64,000 bases of DNA from Fimicolochytrium jonesii (GCF_025526975.1 NW_026515670.1:1488001-1552000), one strand, 5' to 3'. Counted from the first letter of the stretch, positions 9,672 to 21,282 are shown. Notes: generated by a model from the sequence alone, not told the origin. Made by a program: numbers and translations.

Positions 9672-12155
9672 CTACACACCCACCCCCTCCAGCTCCACCT
9701 CCACTCTCATCCCAGCACTCCTCGCCCGTTCCCTCTCAACAGCCAACCTCACAACTCTAACCTGCCTCGCTACAAGGTACCTCCACAACGCCGCCTCGTA
9801 CGGCCCATACAATATCTGCTTGACGGGGGGCATGCGGAACGGTGGGAGGAGGATGTTGGGGTAGGCTAGGTTGTCTGCGTAGGTTGTGTACGTGTAGTGT
9901 TGCTGTTCTTTGTATTCAGACGGCGGCGGGTGGCGAGGGTGGGGAAGGTGTGGATGAGCGGCTCTGGTGCGCGCGGCGGCGCGGCGACCCCATGTTTGCG
10001 CGGGGAGGCCGAAGGTGGGGACGCCGCCGCCGCCTGGTTGTCCAGTCGGGTCAGTTCCGTCGGGTGGTGGGAGGTTGACGCCGTTTTCGTCCACTTGCAG
10101 TTGCAGCATCATATCGGCAGACGCCACCCCTGAAGTCTCATCCAGCAATAATATCTGCCGTAACTCCTCCGGCGACACATCCGGAAACAACGCAGTCAAA
10201 CTCTGCATGTCCGTCAAATCCAGCGTCTGTAACTGGCCTCCTCCAGTGTCGCCTTCAACCCCGGGGATGGGAAGGGGGATGGTGATATCTTTGATATCGA
10301 CCCCGAGGTCTGCGAGCATGGTCAGGGAGGCGGCGAGGGAGGCGGCGTGGGAGCCTAAGGGGGAGGGTTTTTGGGCGTGTTGTTGCGGAAATGTCCCAAC
10401 ACCACCTGTACCTGTGGCGACGGCGGCGGCGGCGGCGAGGATATCGCTTGTGCGGTTATTCGCTGCTGCCGTTTTGGAGCCTGGTTTGGTGGGAAGTTGG
10501 GGCCCGCGGCGGGGTTGTTTGGTTTTTGTCGATGTAGCAGCGGTGGGAGGGACTGCAGAGTCATCAGCGGCGGTGGCGTCTTCATCCTCCATCTCCCCCT
10601 CAACTTCCAGCGCTTCCGAGATCGCGTAGTTTCGGATAGGCGGTAACGCCCTCCCTCCCGTCGTCGTGCGGTCCTTGCCCGCCGCACCCGAAATAGACCG
10701 TTTCCTCGCCGCCGCCCCCTTCACATCCCCACCCTTTGGCCCATCCGCCCCAACACTCCCCCTCCTCCCGCCCACCCCAACCTTCCCCTCCCCCGCACCA
10801 ACACCCGGCGGCATAAGCGTCGTCCCCCTGATACTTGTCCTCCTCTCCACCATCCGACTCGGCCCCTTCACATCCCTCCTCGCCGCCGCCGCCGCAGTGC
10901 TTGCGGCCGCACTCCCGCGTCTATTGGCCCCGGCAGACTCACCCTCACGCTGCTTTTCGGGTGAATTGGGCTTTGTACCCCCGCGGGAGAGGTCGGATAA
11001 TCCAACGAACTCGTAGGTGGTTCCCGAGAGCAAGGCGATGAGTTGTTTCGTGCGTTCATATTCTGCGCCTGTTGGTGCTTTCGTTTCTTTCCCATCTTTA
11101 TTACTATGATTAGCGTCGTCCTTTTTGGTTTTGGAGGTCCGGGATTTGAGCGATGTTTTGGTGGAGCGGGATGAGTCGACTTTGGCTTTCACGGTGCGTT
11201 GGGGGTTGGCTGATTTGCCTGGTGGCGGGATCAGGTCGTCGCGCATGATGCTGACCTCCCTTGAAGGTCGTTCGCTGGCTTCGCGGGACCGGACGGACTG
11301 CCATGTGCGGGGGACCGGGGGTGGTTGTTGGGGTGTTTTGGGTTTTTGTTTGCGTCGCGGGGTCGTGGTGGGTGGGAAGGCGACTGATTTAGTAGAGGCT
11401 TTGAATCTGGTTTTAGAGGGGTGTTGACTCTTTTCGTCCATTGAGTCCGGGGTGAGCGTGCCGTTGCGTTCGCGGGCGGCGGGGGTGAGGCGTGCGTTGC
11501 GCGGTTTTTTCTCGTCTACCGAGGGAAGCCGTTGTTGTTTGAGGAGGCCGCCGCGAGGGACTGGGAGCGGGCCCCGACGGGTGGGCGTAGGAGCGCCCGG
11601 TTTCAGTCGCGGCTGAACGGTCGTGCTGCCGCCGGCGAAGGATCCCCTCTTCGTCGTTGGATCACCAGCAAGAGGATTCAACTCGCTTCCCCTCCTCGAC
11701 ATCCTCCTCGGCACATCCATCCCTCCAGCACCATCATTACCAGCACCACTCACCCTCCTGCCACCCCCCTTCGCACTCGCTTGCCTCGACCTCGGATTGC
11801 GTCCCCATCCCGGCGGCGGATTACTCCTAATATTCCACGCCGCCGCCTCCTCCTCCAACACCTCCCCCGGTGACGACGGCTTCACCGACGTCTTGCGCGC
11901 CGCACCCACGTTGGACACACGTCGGGAGCCACGGCTGGTGGTGCGGCTGTCGGGTGCGTCGCTGCTGCTGTTGTAGGCGTCGGAGGGGCGACGGTGGGTG
12001 AGTGATTGTTGGGGTTGAGATGGAATGCTAGAGTCGGAGAGAAACCCGGTGTCGGGGGCGGATTCGTGGATGCTGGGTATGAGGCTGGCCCGGGGGTTCT
12101 CCATCAGGCGGCGGAAACTGTCGTAGGACGAGCGGCGGGTGTGGGCGGTTGCCAT
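9672..12155 (-). CDS. Low-complexity, probably disordered hypothetical protein
   Basis: Uninterrupted ORF of more than 800 codons rich in R/S/P/G/A with many RRxS motifs and a more ordered C-terminus. Likely ATG at 12155. Confidence 0.7.
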   Translation of the reverse strand: MATAHTRRSSYDSFRRLMENPRASLIPSIHESAPDTGFLSDSSIPSQPQQSLTHRRPSDAYNSSSDAPDSRTTSRGSRRVSNVGAARKTSVKPSSPGEVLEEEAAAWNIRSNPPPGWGRNPRSRQASAKGGGRRVSGAGNDGAGGMDVPRRMSRRGSELNPLAGDPTTKRGSFAGGSTTVQPRLKPGAPTPTRRGPLPVPRGGLLKQQRLPSVDEKKPRNARLTPAARERNGTLTPDSMDEKSQHPSKTRFKASTKSVAFPPTTTPRRKQKPKTPQQPPPVPRTWQSVRSREASERPSREVSIMRDDLIPPPGKSANPQRTVKAKVDSSRSTKTSLKSRTSKTKKDDANHSNKDGKETKAPTGAEYERTKQLIALLSGTTYEFVGLSDLSRGGTKPNSPEKQREGESAGANRRGSAAASTAAAAARRDVKGPSRMVERRTSIRGTTLMPPGVGAGEGKVGVGGRRGSVGADGPKGGDVKGAAARKRSISGAAGKDRTTTGGRALPPIRNYAISEALEVEGEMEDEDATAADDSAVPPTAATSTKTKQPRRGPQLPTKPGSKTAAANNRTSDILAAAAAVATGTGGVGTFPQQHAQKPSPLGSHAASLAASLTMLADLGVDIKDITIPLPIPGVEGDTGGGQLQTLDLTDMQSLTALFPDVSPEELRQILLLDETSGVASADMMLQLQVDENGVNLPPPDGTDPTGQPGGGGVPTFGLPAQTWGRRAAARTRAAHPHLPHPRHPPPSEYKEQQHYTYTTYADNLAYPNILLPPFRMPPVKQILYGPYEAALWRYLVARQVRVVRLAVERERARSAGMRVEVELEGVGV

Positions 12156-12844
12156 GGTGGGATTCAGGTGGGATTTGATTTGGCGGGCAATGATGGGTAT
12201 TTCTATCGAGGTATCTACGTATCTATCGCCGAATAACGTGTCCTTGTCGTCTGTCCTTTCCAAGAGGAAATATTTCACACCCGTGGTCGCTGCACCACGC
12301 TATCCTCAATATCACGCGAGCAATACGACACAAAGGCTTGCGTCAGGCGCCCCAAGTTCGTTCGTCGCCTGTGGCTTTCAGATGCGTAGGGGTTGAGCAG
12401 TCGTAGGGGGGTAGGGTGCAATGCGAGGTGCCGGCTGACAGCTATGCGAGAAGTGTGAAGTGTGCGTCAAGATGCTTCCCATCTAGCGTCTAGCCGTCCA
12501 TTGTAGGCGGCGGTGAACCGAGCGAAGGTATGGCTGCAGTGTGTGCGAAGTACTTCTCTGCGTCCGTGGGTGTTCCTGTGCCGAGTGCCCATGATGGCCA
12601 ACAGGAAAGGGCGACAGGCCTGGGGGGGTGCGAAAAGAAGCTTGTTCTTGTTTGGCTCTAGAGTCTAAACCTTTTCAGGGAAACGCCACGCGCAGAAGGG
12701 AGTGCACCGGGCGTCATACTGTACAGTAGGTTCGCTCCGCAGAGATCTCGACACCACCAGCGCAATAACCAAACAACAACATCATCGCCCGCAGCTGTCC
12801 ACGCACTGCCCGCAGCCTGCTTCAACGGCACCACGACAAAGGGA

Positions 12845-15124
12845 ATGAGCCCAACGCCCCGCCTCGTCCGGCTGCCGCGGGACCCAGCCGACGATGTGGA
12901 CGGGATGAGTGCTGGCGATGGGGTCCGGATGGGCGGGCTGGTGGAGGGTGTTGCGTGTCCTATCTGTGGTGAGTATGGCTGGTGTGGCAAAGTACAAAGT
13001 ACGAAGTGAATTGAAGTTGTTCCGACCAACTGAAAGTGCGTGTTGGGTGGGGACGTCTCACCACCTATGTCACATCCACAGGCGAAACAATGCTCCACCT
13101 ATCCCAACTCAACCGGCACCTCGACGACGAGCACATCCAACCCACCTCCTCCGACGACGACGGCACAAAAGATGCCGTGTTATCCTGGTTCAAAGCCGCT
13201 CAGCGGCGAGTCGCGCCGTCTTTGACTAGGGCTGCTACGGGGACGCTGAGTATCACACAACAGTCGATTAGGGGCGTGGAGGGGATTGTTGGGGGGGTTG
13301 TTGGGGCGACAACGGGGGCTGTCGGCGGGGCTTTTGAGTTGAATGGGGAGGAGGGGGGTGTGGGGTCGCCCAGTGGGAGTGGGGCGGGCACAGCGACGGC
13401 GAAGGAGTTGGAGGCAAGGGTGAGCAGGGCACATTGGCAGAAGGATGGCACCAATGATCGGTGTGTGGCGGATGGGTGTGGCAAGGTGTTGAGTTTGAGG
13501 ACGGGGAGACACCATTGCCGGAAGTACGTTCATCTTGTGAGGGGGTCAGATTCTACTCCTCGGTTGCTCGCTGCAAAGTTATCCCTGACACCCCCCCTCG
13601 CACCTGACCAGATGCGGCCGCCTCCACTGCGACACCCACTCCTCCTACCAAATGAAGCTCTCCCCATCCGCCCTCCCGGACCCAACCTCGGGCACATGGT
13701 GTCGCGTCTGCGAAGGATGCTTTACATCGCGGGCAGGCTATAAGGACTCTGTCGGGGTGTCGCGTAGCAGAACAAAGCTGTATCTACGGTTACGGAAGGC
13801 GAGAATTGATACGATGCAGATGGATGTGAATAAGTTGGAGAAGCGGTTGGAGAAGGTGGGTTTGGTTGGGGAATGTTTGTGGCTTTCGGCAGACGGGGGT
13901 TGATAGTTGGATAGTGTACTCATTGGGTGTAGGAGACCAGCTCAGCACGATCTACGCCGAGGAGAACGCACGGGTTCCGACCACGAATGGACAACGGCCG
14001 TCGCTGTCAACAAAGACGTTGGCTAGGATACGCATCCGTGAGTCGCTCATCCCCCCACCGTCACCCCTTTCAAATGCCACCATCAACCCACTGATGCACC
14101 TCCGCGTAGGCGAACAAGCAATCGTAGCCTGGGAAAACGACAGCAGCGTAACCGAATGCCCGTGCTGCAACTCGCAGTTTGGAAGCTTTGTGAATCGACG
14201 ACATCATTGTCGGCTGTGCGGGAGGGTTATCTGTGGGCAGGAGACGTGTTCCAAAGAGTTGCCGCTCACTGGTGGTATGTGTCCAGTCGCATCATATGGA
14301 GATTCACCGATTCTAAGTCACCTGACCTGTTTTTTTTTTTTCAATTTAGGACCACCAACACCAGACGCCCCAACAATCCGCGCCTGCCCTGACTGCTACC
14401 GCACCATTTCCGTACACAACAACGTACACTCGCCATCTGCAACGGCCATAGCGGCACTGTACCGTGCCATAACGCGGTATAGAGCTTCTGTGACTGAAGT
14501 GTTGCCAAAGTTTAATAATCTGTTGATGAATATGGCGTATGTGATATGAATCGTTTTGGGGGTTACTGAGGGTGGTTGCGGTTGGTTCTTACTTTTCGGA
14601 TTTAGGAATCGCGTGGTGACGGAGTATGATGACCCGGAGTACAAGCTGGCGTCGAAGTACCGCAAAGATTTGATGGAATGGTTCTCAGAGCTCGACAAAT
14701 TGGGGTATGTCTCGTATCCCGTCAACACACATATATGCACGTAATCTATTTCGCATCCTCACCCATCTCCCCCCCCCCCCCCCCCCCCCTCCTCAGAAAA
14801 CGCGTAAAATCCCACCCCACGCCCACGCCCACCACAACCCGCCTCCTAACCGCCCTCCACCTCTCCATAATCACCTTCCTTCAAACCCACATGTTTACGC
14901 TGCAACTCATGCCCAAAATCACCACCCCCAACAAAGCCCTTCCCGCCGTCCCTTCATCCTCATCGCAGAATGATGAAGAGGTTCGGGTGTTGGAGGAACA
15001 GCGACGGTTGGTGGAGGGATTTTTGGGGGATGCGTTGAGGAGGAGGAAGTTTGAGGATGCGGCGAGTTTGAGGGTTGGGTTGGAGGAGTTGGAGGGGGAG
15101 ATTTCGAGGAGGAGGGGTGGGTGA
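12845..15124 (+). CDS. PEP7: Vacuolar segregation protein Pep7/Vac1 (rabenosyn-5), multi-exon
   Basis: Spliced C2H2 finger CPICG|ETMLHLSQLNRHLDDEH, two FYVE domains (RHHCRK, RRHHCRLCG) and a C-terminal Rab-binding helix LEEQRRLVEGFL..RRKFEDA. Confidence 0.9.
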
Positions 15125-15442
15125 TGGCAATTCGGAGGCTTTCGATCCCCAGTCAGGGTTGGTATGACCCCCTCCGCCCGCCCCGAAAGGTATGAGCGGC
15201 CCCCGCCATCGAGGACACACGCTCGCTCATCAGGTCCGTCCTCGCTTTCTATGGTCACCCCCCCTTAAAGGGGTCACGCCTTTAATAAATGGTTGGGGCC
15301 GGTCCGCTAGGACCAGGAGGGGTGCAACGCCCTGCCTCCTGGGCGACCCGAGACTGCTGGTATCCAAATCTAACTGAGCGAAGCGAAGGCCAGATTCTGT
15401 ATCTCTGTACAGAATCTTATTGAGGCCTGGGGTGGTAAGATT

Positions 15443-15997
15443 TCATGAGGTAGGACTAGGGTAGTGAATCGACTCGGGACTCGGTACAGCAGGCGAGTCT
15501 CTATCAAGCAAGCGTTCCATGGCGTTGAGAATCGAAAAGGCAGCCTCTCGGGGTATTCCATGGTTAACGGGGTCAGCCAACTCATAAAGGGGCTGTCCCG
15601 ATGTAGATCTCTCGATGTTCTCTTTATGGAGGACTTCCGCCAAGAGCTGCGTGTAGTTCCTATACTCATTGATATTACTGAAAGGTTCAGAATAGAGGTC
15701 CAATCCCAGTTCATTCAGGAAATCGTCATCAGACCGCCCGTTAATCGACATCAAAGACATTAAAGTTTTCAATGGCGTGGTCCTGCGGCGACTGAAGGGC
15801 TTGGGGCACGGCTTGTGGCACGGCTTGGGGAGAAACCTGGGGCGGAACTTGTGGCGGGGCTTGCGGCGGGGCTGGAGGAGCGACCTGAGGGATGTACAAA
15901 CCTTCCAACGACTTTTGACCATTTTCACGTTCAACATACCCCATAAAAAAAAAGGGGTGATGAATAAGGAGATGAATATCTGTAGGCCGATGTACAC
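15443..15997 (-). pseudogene. Hypothetical protein with hydrophobic N-terminus and 12-bp Pro/Gln-rich repeats, probably frameshifted
   Basis: Overlapping minus-strand ORFs. One frame reads APPQAPPQVPPQVSPQAVPQAVPQ, the other gives an acidic globular C-terminus. No family recognised. Confidence 0.35.
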
Positions 15998-16130
15998 TCA
16001 CGCACTCGTGATATGTAAATCGGCCTACAGATATTCATCTCCTTATTGTACATACATACGCCTTATTGTACATATACATAATCACACTCCTGACACGTAA
16101 CGCAAATCTGCAGCATATCTGCAGCGCCGG

Positions 16131-17330
16131 CTATGGCTCAAGCGGTACGGGATTTTTCGCCATACTGGCAGCAACGCCTTCCCGCAGCTCCCTTGCCGCT
16201 CTGGCATCTTCTTCGGGGTCGTCCTCGTCGTCCGGGTTGGGCATCGCAAGCTTCCGGAACCGCTCGATGCTGATCGAGAACTCCTGGAGTTCCGCCTGGG
16301 AAACGGCGGGGCTGGCCGTCCGCGTGCTTTGACGAGCGCATTTTAACGTGTATCCGAGCCAGGTCTGGACATCGATATGGCTGGTGATTGCCGGGGAAAG
16401 GAACACTTTTCCGTTGTTGTCCACGCGGACGAACTCCCAAACGATGGAGTCCGTCACAAAACCGTAAATGGTTGCATTGTGAGAATACGGGGAGGATGCG
16501 ACGTGTTTAAGCCGCAGCTGAAAACCGATGCGTCAGTGACAATGAGCGCCGGGTCAGTCAGGCCCACTTCCTTACTTTGCGTAACATGCCACAGTAGGCA
16601 ATGATTTGCCACAGTGAGCGCTCCCCACCGGCCACCTTCGCCTCTCCAACAAACAACATCGTATGGAGGGCGTCCTTAAAGTCTTGGCCATGGCTGTGCA
16701 GTAACCAAGGAAATAATCGCCTCGCCCGCTGAGCTCCTGACCTTCGTGAATGTGGGACAGTGAGACCTCAGTCCATGTCGACATTATCTTCGCCGACTCG
16801 TCCTGTTCTCTGTTTTGAGCTTGTGCCATGACGTCCAGCAAGAAGAGATCAATGATTGTCCGGGTGCTGTTCTCGCTGTTGAGGTTCCAAAACTTGTCAA
16901 TCATTGCCCATGAGCTTTCTGCCAAAGTATTTTTATTTAGCTCTGACCTCGAGGTACTGTGCGGTGCGAGAAACGGCGAAATACTTACTGAGCCACTTCG
17001 TCGGAGAGTAGCGAGGGACATCTTCCGGTAAAGCCCAGCTGGGGTTGGTGCGCTTGACAGCTGACGTGTCCAGCTGCAGAACCCTGCGTATATCCTTGTC
17101 TGTGCAGTCTCGTACTGCCACAGAGTTCACCTTTGGAGCAAGGGTTCTCAAAATGCTGGAAAGATAAGGAAGATTTTTGAGGGCCTGCTCTTCTTCCTCT
17201 GGTAGCTTAGCGAGGAGTTCCTCGAGTTGTTGGTGGAGTTTCGTTCTGGAGCAACGGCGACTTTGTGAGAAGAAGAGGGACCCTAGTTTTTAGACGGCCA
17301 GCAGCAGGAGCAGAAAACTTACCGCTTCAT
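16131..17330 (-). pseudogene. PD-(D/E)xK restriction-endonuclease-fold protein, 4 exons, one frameshift
   Basis: GT-AG introns at 17246-17322, 16919-16988 and 16518-16575 join the ORFs in frame. Motifs SENSTRTIIDLFL, E..LSGRGDYFLGY, LFVGEAK, WQIIAYCGM, IYGFVTDSIVWEFVRVD. Frameshift near 16700. Confidence 0.75.
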
Positions 17331-17377
17331 TTATATATGGGGGAAGTCGGATATAAAGGTGGTTACGCAGCCGAGGT

Positions 17378-17767
17378 ATGTCTCAAAGAGTGTCTGGGAG
17401 GTTCGGTGAATGGGGGGGGCGACTGCGTTCTGTTGAGGTAGACATCCACGACGTCTGGTACTACACCAGGGGGTGCACTTCACCATGTGTTAGATCCCGA
17501 CATCGTATCTGTTGCCTTTCGAATTCCAACCATACGGAACCATACGGGACGACGCACCCGTACCCAAATCGTTGGATAGTAACCTTGGGATTCTTTGCTT
17601 TGCTTGTGGTCTTATGTATCTATATTACGTATTGTATCAGCGGGACTCCCACCGCAAACGAATCGTGGGCGATAACGGTCAAGGGCTGTCGGGCAGTTCT
17701 ATCTCATCATCTGCTTTGTATTGAGATGCTTACATTGATCCGGGAAGGCCCCTTTCGCGATCCTTGA
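17378..17767 (+). CDS. Possible small single-pass membrane protein
   Basis: 129-codon ORF with a hydrophobic stretch WIVTLGFFALLVVLCIYITYCI, filling the gap between the nuclease and methyltransferase genes. No homology recognised. Confidence 0.25.
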   Translation: MSQRVSGRFGEWGGRLRSVEVDIHDVWYYTRGCTSPCVRSRHRICCLSNSNHTEPYGTTHPYPNRWIVTLGFFALLVVLCIYITYCISGTPTANESWAITVKGCRAVLSHHLLCIEMLTLIREGPFRDP

Positions 17768-17795
17768 TCAATATGTGTATTGTGACTTGACGATC

Positions 17796-18646
17796 CTACT
17801 TGTGGAGTCCATCCATACGCTTCCTTGCGAGCGCAACGTATTCAGCGTTCAATTCGAATGCGAGATATCTACAGCCGGGAAGTCTACAGCATGCCATTAT
17901 CTCTGTCCCGGCCCCTGCAAAGGGAATGAGAACATTGGTTTGCATGCTTCTTCAGTATGCATAGCACTCTTGACAAGCCGTTCGGTTAGCTGCAACGGTT
18001 TTTGCGAAGGATGGGCGACTCCCTCTGATTTGCCGCAAGCCCCGCTCAACGCTGAGACTTTCATTACGTCTCGAGGCAACGCACCGTCCTCATGGATGTT
18101 GTAGGTGGTTGCAAGACTCCTTGAGTTGATACGCCCTGTAGAATCAGCAGCTCGGACCCGGCCGGGGCTGTACTTTTTGTATTCTTCAGTTTAGGCTTCC
18201 CGGACCAGATCACGATTGAACTTGGATCCAGGGAAGCGACAGAAAAGGATGCTTTCGTGCGACCGCTGGAAGGTCTTCGCCTTTGGATTGGTCTTATTCG
18301 TGTAGTGCCAAACGAGCCAGTCCACTTTCCAAGTGATGGCTTTATTACTGTGTATACGGGCAAAGATAAGGGCTAACGTGGTGGATAGGCCATAGATGTA
18401 ACATGTCCCAGTCTTTTTGAGAACACGGTGGCATTGCAGGATCCACTCTTCGCACCAAGCGAGATAGTCGTCCTCCTTCCTCTTATCGCTATCGTTACCA
18501 AAGTCCTTCCCAAAGTTGTAAGGCGGGTCACAGATGATGAGATCGGCTGACTCGGCAGGGACAGAATTGAGAGCCTTGACACAATCAGTGTGGTATATTG
18601 TGCTGTCATAGGCGTACTCTAGTACAGGTACAGGATGCTCTGTCAT
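17796..18646 (-). pseudogene. Beta-class DNA N4-cytosine/N6-adenine methyltransferase, intronless, disrupted
   Basis: DLIICDPPYN (motif IV) precedes HPSQKP and VLIPFAGAGT (motif I), then AFELNAEY. In-frame TAA at 18191-18193 and frameshift near 17938. Confidence 0.92.
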
Positions 18647-18707
18647 GTCTGCTATCTGCTATCTGATATCTGATATCTGATTCCTACTATAGGCGCCTTG
18701 GGGTGTA

Positions 18708-19310
18708 TTATACATCGATGAGAGGATCCGTACTTTTTATATCAGTCTCAACGCAGACGCATATCGGCTGATGAGTTTCCGAACTGTCTTCCCTCTTCGC
18801 TTCAGTGACAATGATAGATTGCCTTGCAAACCATCTCAAGACTTTCCACAACTTGGCCCCCACGTCGAGAGCCAGCATCAGTACAAGAGGTCCGTTGATG
18901 AGGGCGAATATGATGGCGAACCCTCTGATCCAACCGCTGCTCCAGACGCATTCAAAGTTCTCATATAGGGCCATCGGAACGGAGACCAGTTGAAAGACGA
19001 ATGTAAAGATCGCCACCACGAGAAGCCAGAGTATGACAAAAGCAGCAGCGTATTGAAGGGCAGGCCATCTTTCGTATGGCGCAGAATTCATCAACGCCAT
19101 TGAGGCGACTGCGGAGATGAATATTGTAAAGTCGGCGACTCCAGAGGCGAACGGGGCGCATTCTTGTGCAATCTTTATGCGGATGTCTTGAGCATGAGTT
19201 GAAGTGTATCCAGTGAGGCCGATAGAGACAGCGAGACGTAGGGTAGCGAGGAGGAAAGGCCAGTTGGGTCTGATCACTTTAGGGTTGAGAGGTTTGTACG
19301 GGGTAGCCAT
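18708..19310 (-). CDS. Multi-pass membrane protein of unknown function
   Basis: ORF from ATG 19310 with about four hydrophobic segments. Its stop lies 61 bp upstream of the methyltransferase ATG on the same strand. Confidence 0.55.
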   Translation of the reverse strand: MATPYKPLNPKVIRPNWPFLLATLRLAVSIGLTGYTSTHAQDIRIKIAQECAPFASGVADFTIFISAVASMALMNSAPYERWPALQYAAAFVILWLLVVAIFTFVFQLVSVPMALYENFECVWSSGWIRGFAIIFALINGPLVLMLALDVGAKLWKVLRWFARQSIIVTEAKREDSSETHQPICVCVETDIKSTDPLIDV

Positions 19311-19381
19311 TTGTGTGGGATGCTGGTTGGCATGGATCTGCTCTGCTATCGCTTCGGGTGAGGGATGATCTGTGTACTGTA

Positions 19382-19572
19382 CAGTAGGTGGCCAGATATC
19401 TGGGTACGACGGGTTCGCCAAGCCTCCGTGTGCAACCCAAAAGTCAACGACAAGGTGCCGTCAATTTGCGTACTTCTTCAGATGGGCAGGCAGGCCGGCG
19501 ACTTTTGCTGGTGGCTATGGTCGGGATGATGTGTCCTTGTCGCGTCGTACCCAGATATCTGGCCACCTACTG
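19382..19572. mobile_element. Tc1/mariner-type MITE (191 bp)
   Basis: Perfect 30-bp TIRs CAGTAGGTGGCCAGATATCTGGGTACGACG (19382-19411 and 19543-19572) flanked by TA on both sides. Confidence 0.9.
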
Positions 19573-20817
19573 TACACCGATGGCTTTCCCATTCCATCTG
19601 CTCTTAGCGCATTGCAAAGGAGAAGTCGTGGTTAATCTTCTTTGCATATCCAGCGTCTATAGGGCGGTTACCCAAGCGGACGTGGTCAGGGCCTACCCAA
19701 CCGGTCAAGATATCACCAAGCTGCCAAGAACTCTATGGACAACGTATATCCGCCTAGGCAGGGCAGACGTGCAGAACGCTATAGAGCGGGCGGTAAAACA
19801 CGCGCATCTGGATGCGATAAAGCTCCTTCTCTCGTCATGTCCCGATGCAACCTACGCCACCCTGCTCAGCAAAGTTGGGCCCCTTGAGTGTGTGGGTGAT
19901 GATGGCGAGCTTGAGCTGTTGAACTCTCCCCTCGCACATGCTAGCCGCTTGGGTAATCTGGAGACGATCAAGTTTCTGGTATCTATCGGTGCTGACGCGA
20001 ACGATGATCCATATGCATTCTCTGACGCATGCTCTTCCGGTCACCTACATGTTGTTGAGTTCTTTGTTCGCATCGGAATCAAGGATTGCAGAAGACGGTG
20101 GAGCTTCCTATACGCGTGTTTTGAAGGGCACCTGGACGTCATACAGTATCTCGTGATGCAGGGCTGGCAGGTCGAATCTGAATGCATCGGCTGGGCAATA
20201 AAAGGCGGAAGCCTCAGCACTCGTAGAGAACAGTCAGAATACCTCCATATCATTAAGTATCTCATTTCAGTGGGAGATGCTCTGGACTTCGACAACATCC
20301 TGAAGGACGCAATACGGGATGAGGCTGATTTGGAGATTATCAAGTATCTACGGTGCCGTTCATAAAGCAAGGCCCGCTGTCAATTTAATTCACCGGCTCC
20401 CTGGACGCGCCTCTCCATGATCTACGCCTAGTATCTAGTGAATGGATTCCGTTTGAGGTTGTGCTTACTAAAGCTTCTTTTCTTTCACTCAAGCGAAGAT
20501 ATAAATACATACAGCTCCCCATCCCCCCCCTTCCCGTCTATCTCTTTTTCGCTCGAGCAAAATACCTACGGATCATCGGAAGCACAACGTCCTACACACC
20601 CCAGACTAAGCATTTGCTCTCAATCCTTTTACAATTAGCCTGTACTCACGGCAAATTCTGCCTCCTTCACGCACAGAATCCCTTGCACATACACAAATGG
20701 TACGGGCAGCGCCGCAAACGGCGTTTGAAAAGGTTTTCACCCAGAGTGCACTAGTCACTTCGTGAGAAGCGTTGAGCCTAACAACCTCATACCATTCTCA
20801 GCCCAATTCTCAACACA

Positions 20818-21282
20818 ATGTCAGAAACCCAGAACTCGTCGGACATTCAAAACCCGTCAGACATTCAAAACCCGTCGGAGCTATCCAACCCAGAACAACT
20901 AGTCCACGAAATTGCGACGCAGCTGGCCGAGGAACTCGCTGCTGAGGAACAAAAGCCCATCCGCCTCGCCCGTGAAGAGGTGGACGTTCTCGCCCTCGAA
21001 AAAGAGCGTCTCGCAGAGGAGAATGCTTGCCGCCGCAACCTACTTGCCCGTCGTCGTGAGCAGCTAGCTCAAACCTTGCCTGCCTCGACGAACGACAGCG
21101 CCCACGACGGTACGCCCCTTGCCTCTCCCGTCGCGGGCAAAGACATGGATTATGATCACTTGGCCCGTAAACGCACCAAGGCCATTCTCCAACCCGGTCA
21201 GGACATCCCCATGAAACAACGCACCGTCGCCGACCTCATCAGTGACGACGGGGTTATCTACAAGATAGTGCCCCCAATGTAA
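20818..21282 (+). pseudogene. DIRS ORF1 (gag-like), truncated by an LTR insertion
   Basis: First ORF after the left ITR, with coiled-coil character. Its stop codon falls in the first bases (TGTAA) of the LTR at 21278. Confidence 0.65.

Noticed and set aside
14769..14789. Long C/G homopolymers (also near 5645, 5680, 23530 and 45156) as functional elements
   Set aside because: They fall in introns, UTRs or repeats, their length is unreliable in assemblies, and nothing else supports a function.
15140..15240. Hammerhead or HDV-like ribozyme (minus-strand CTGATGA ... CGAAA)
   Set aside because: Stem II cannot close between CUGAUGA and GAAA, and the pseudoknot spacing leaves no room for the HDV P3/P4 elements.
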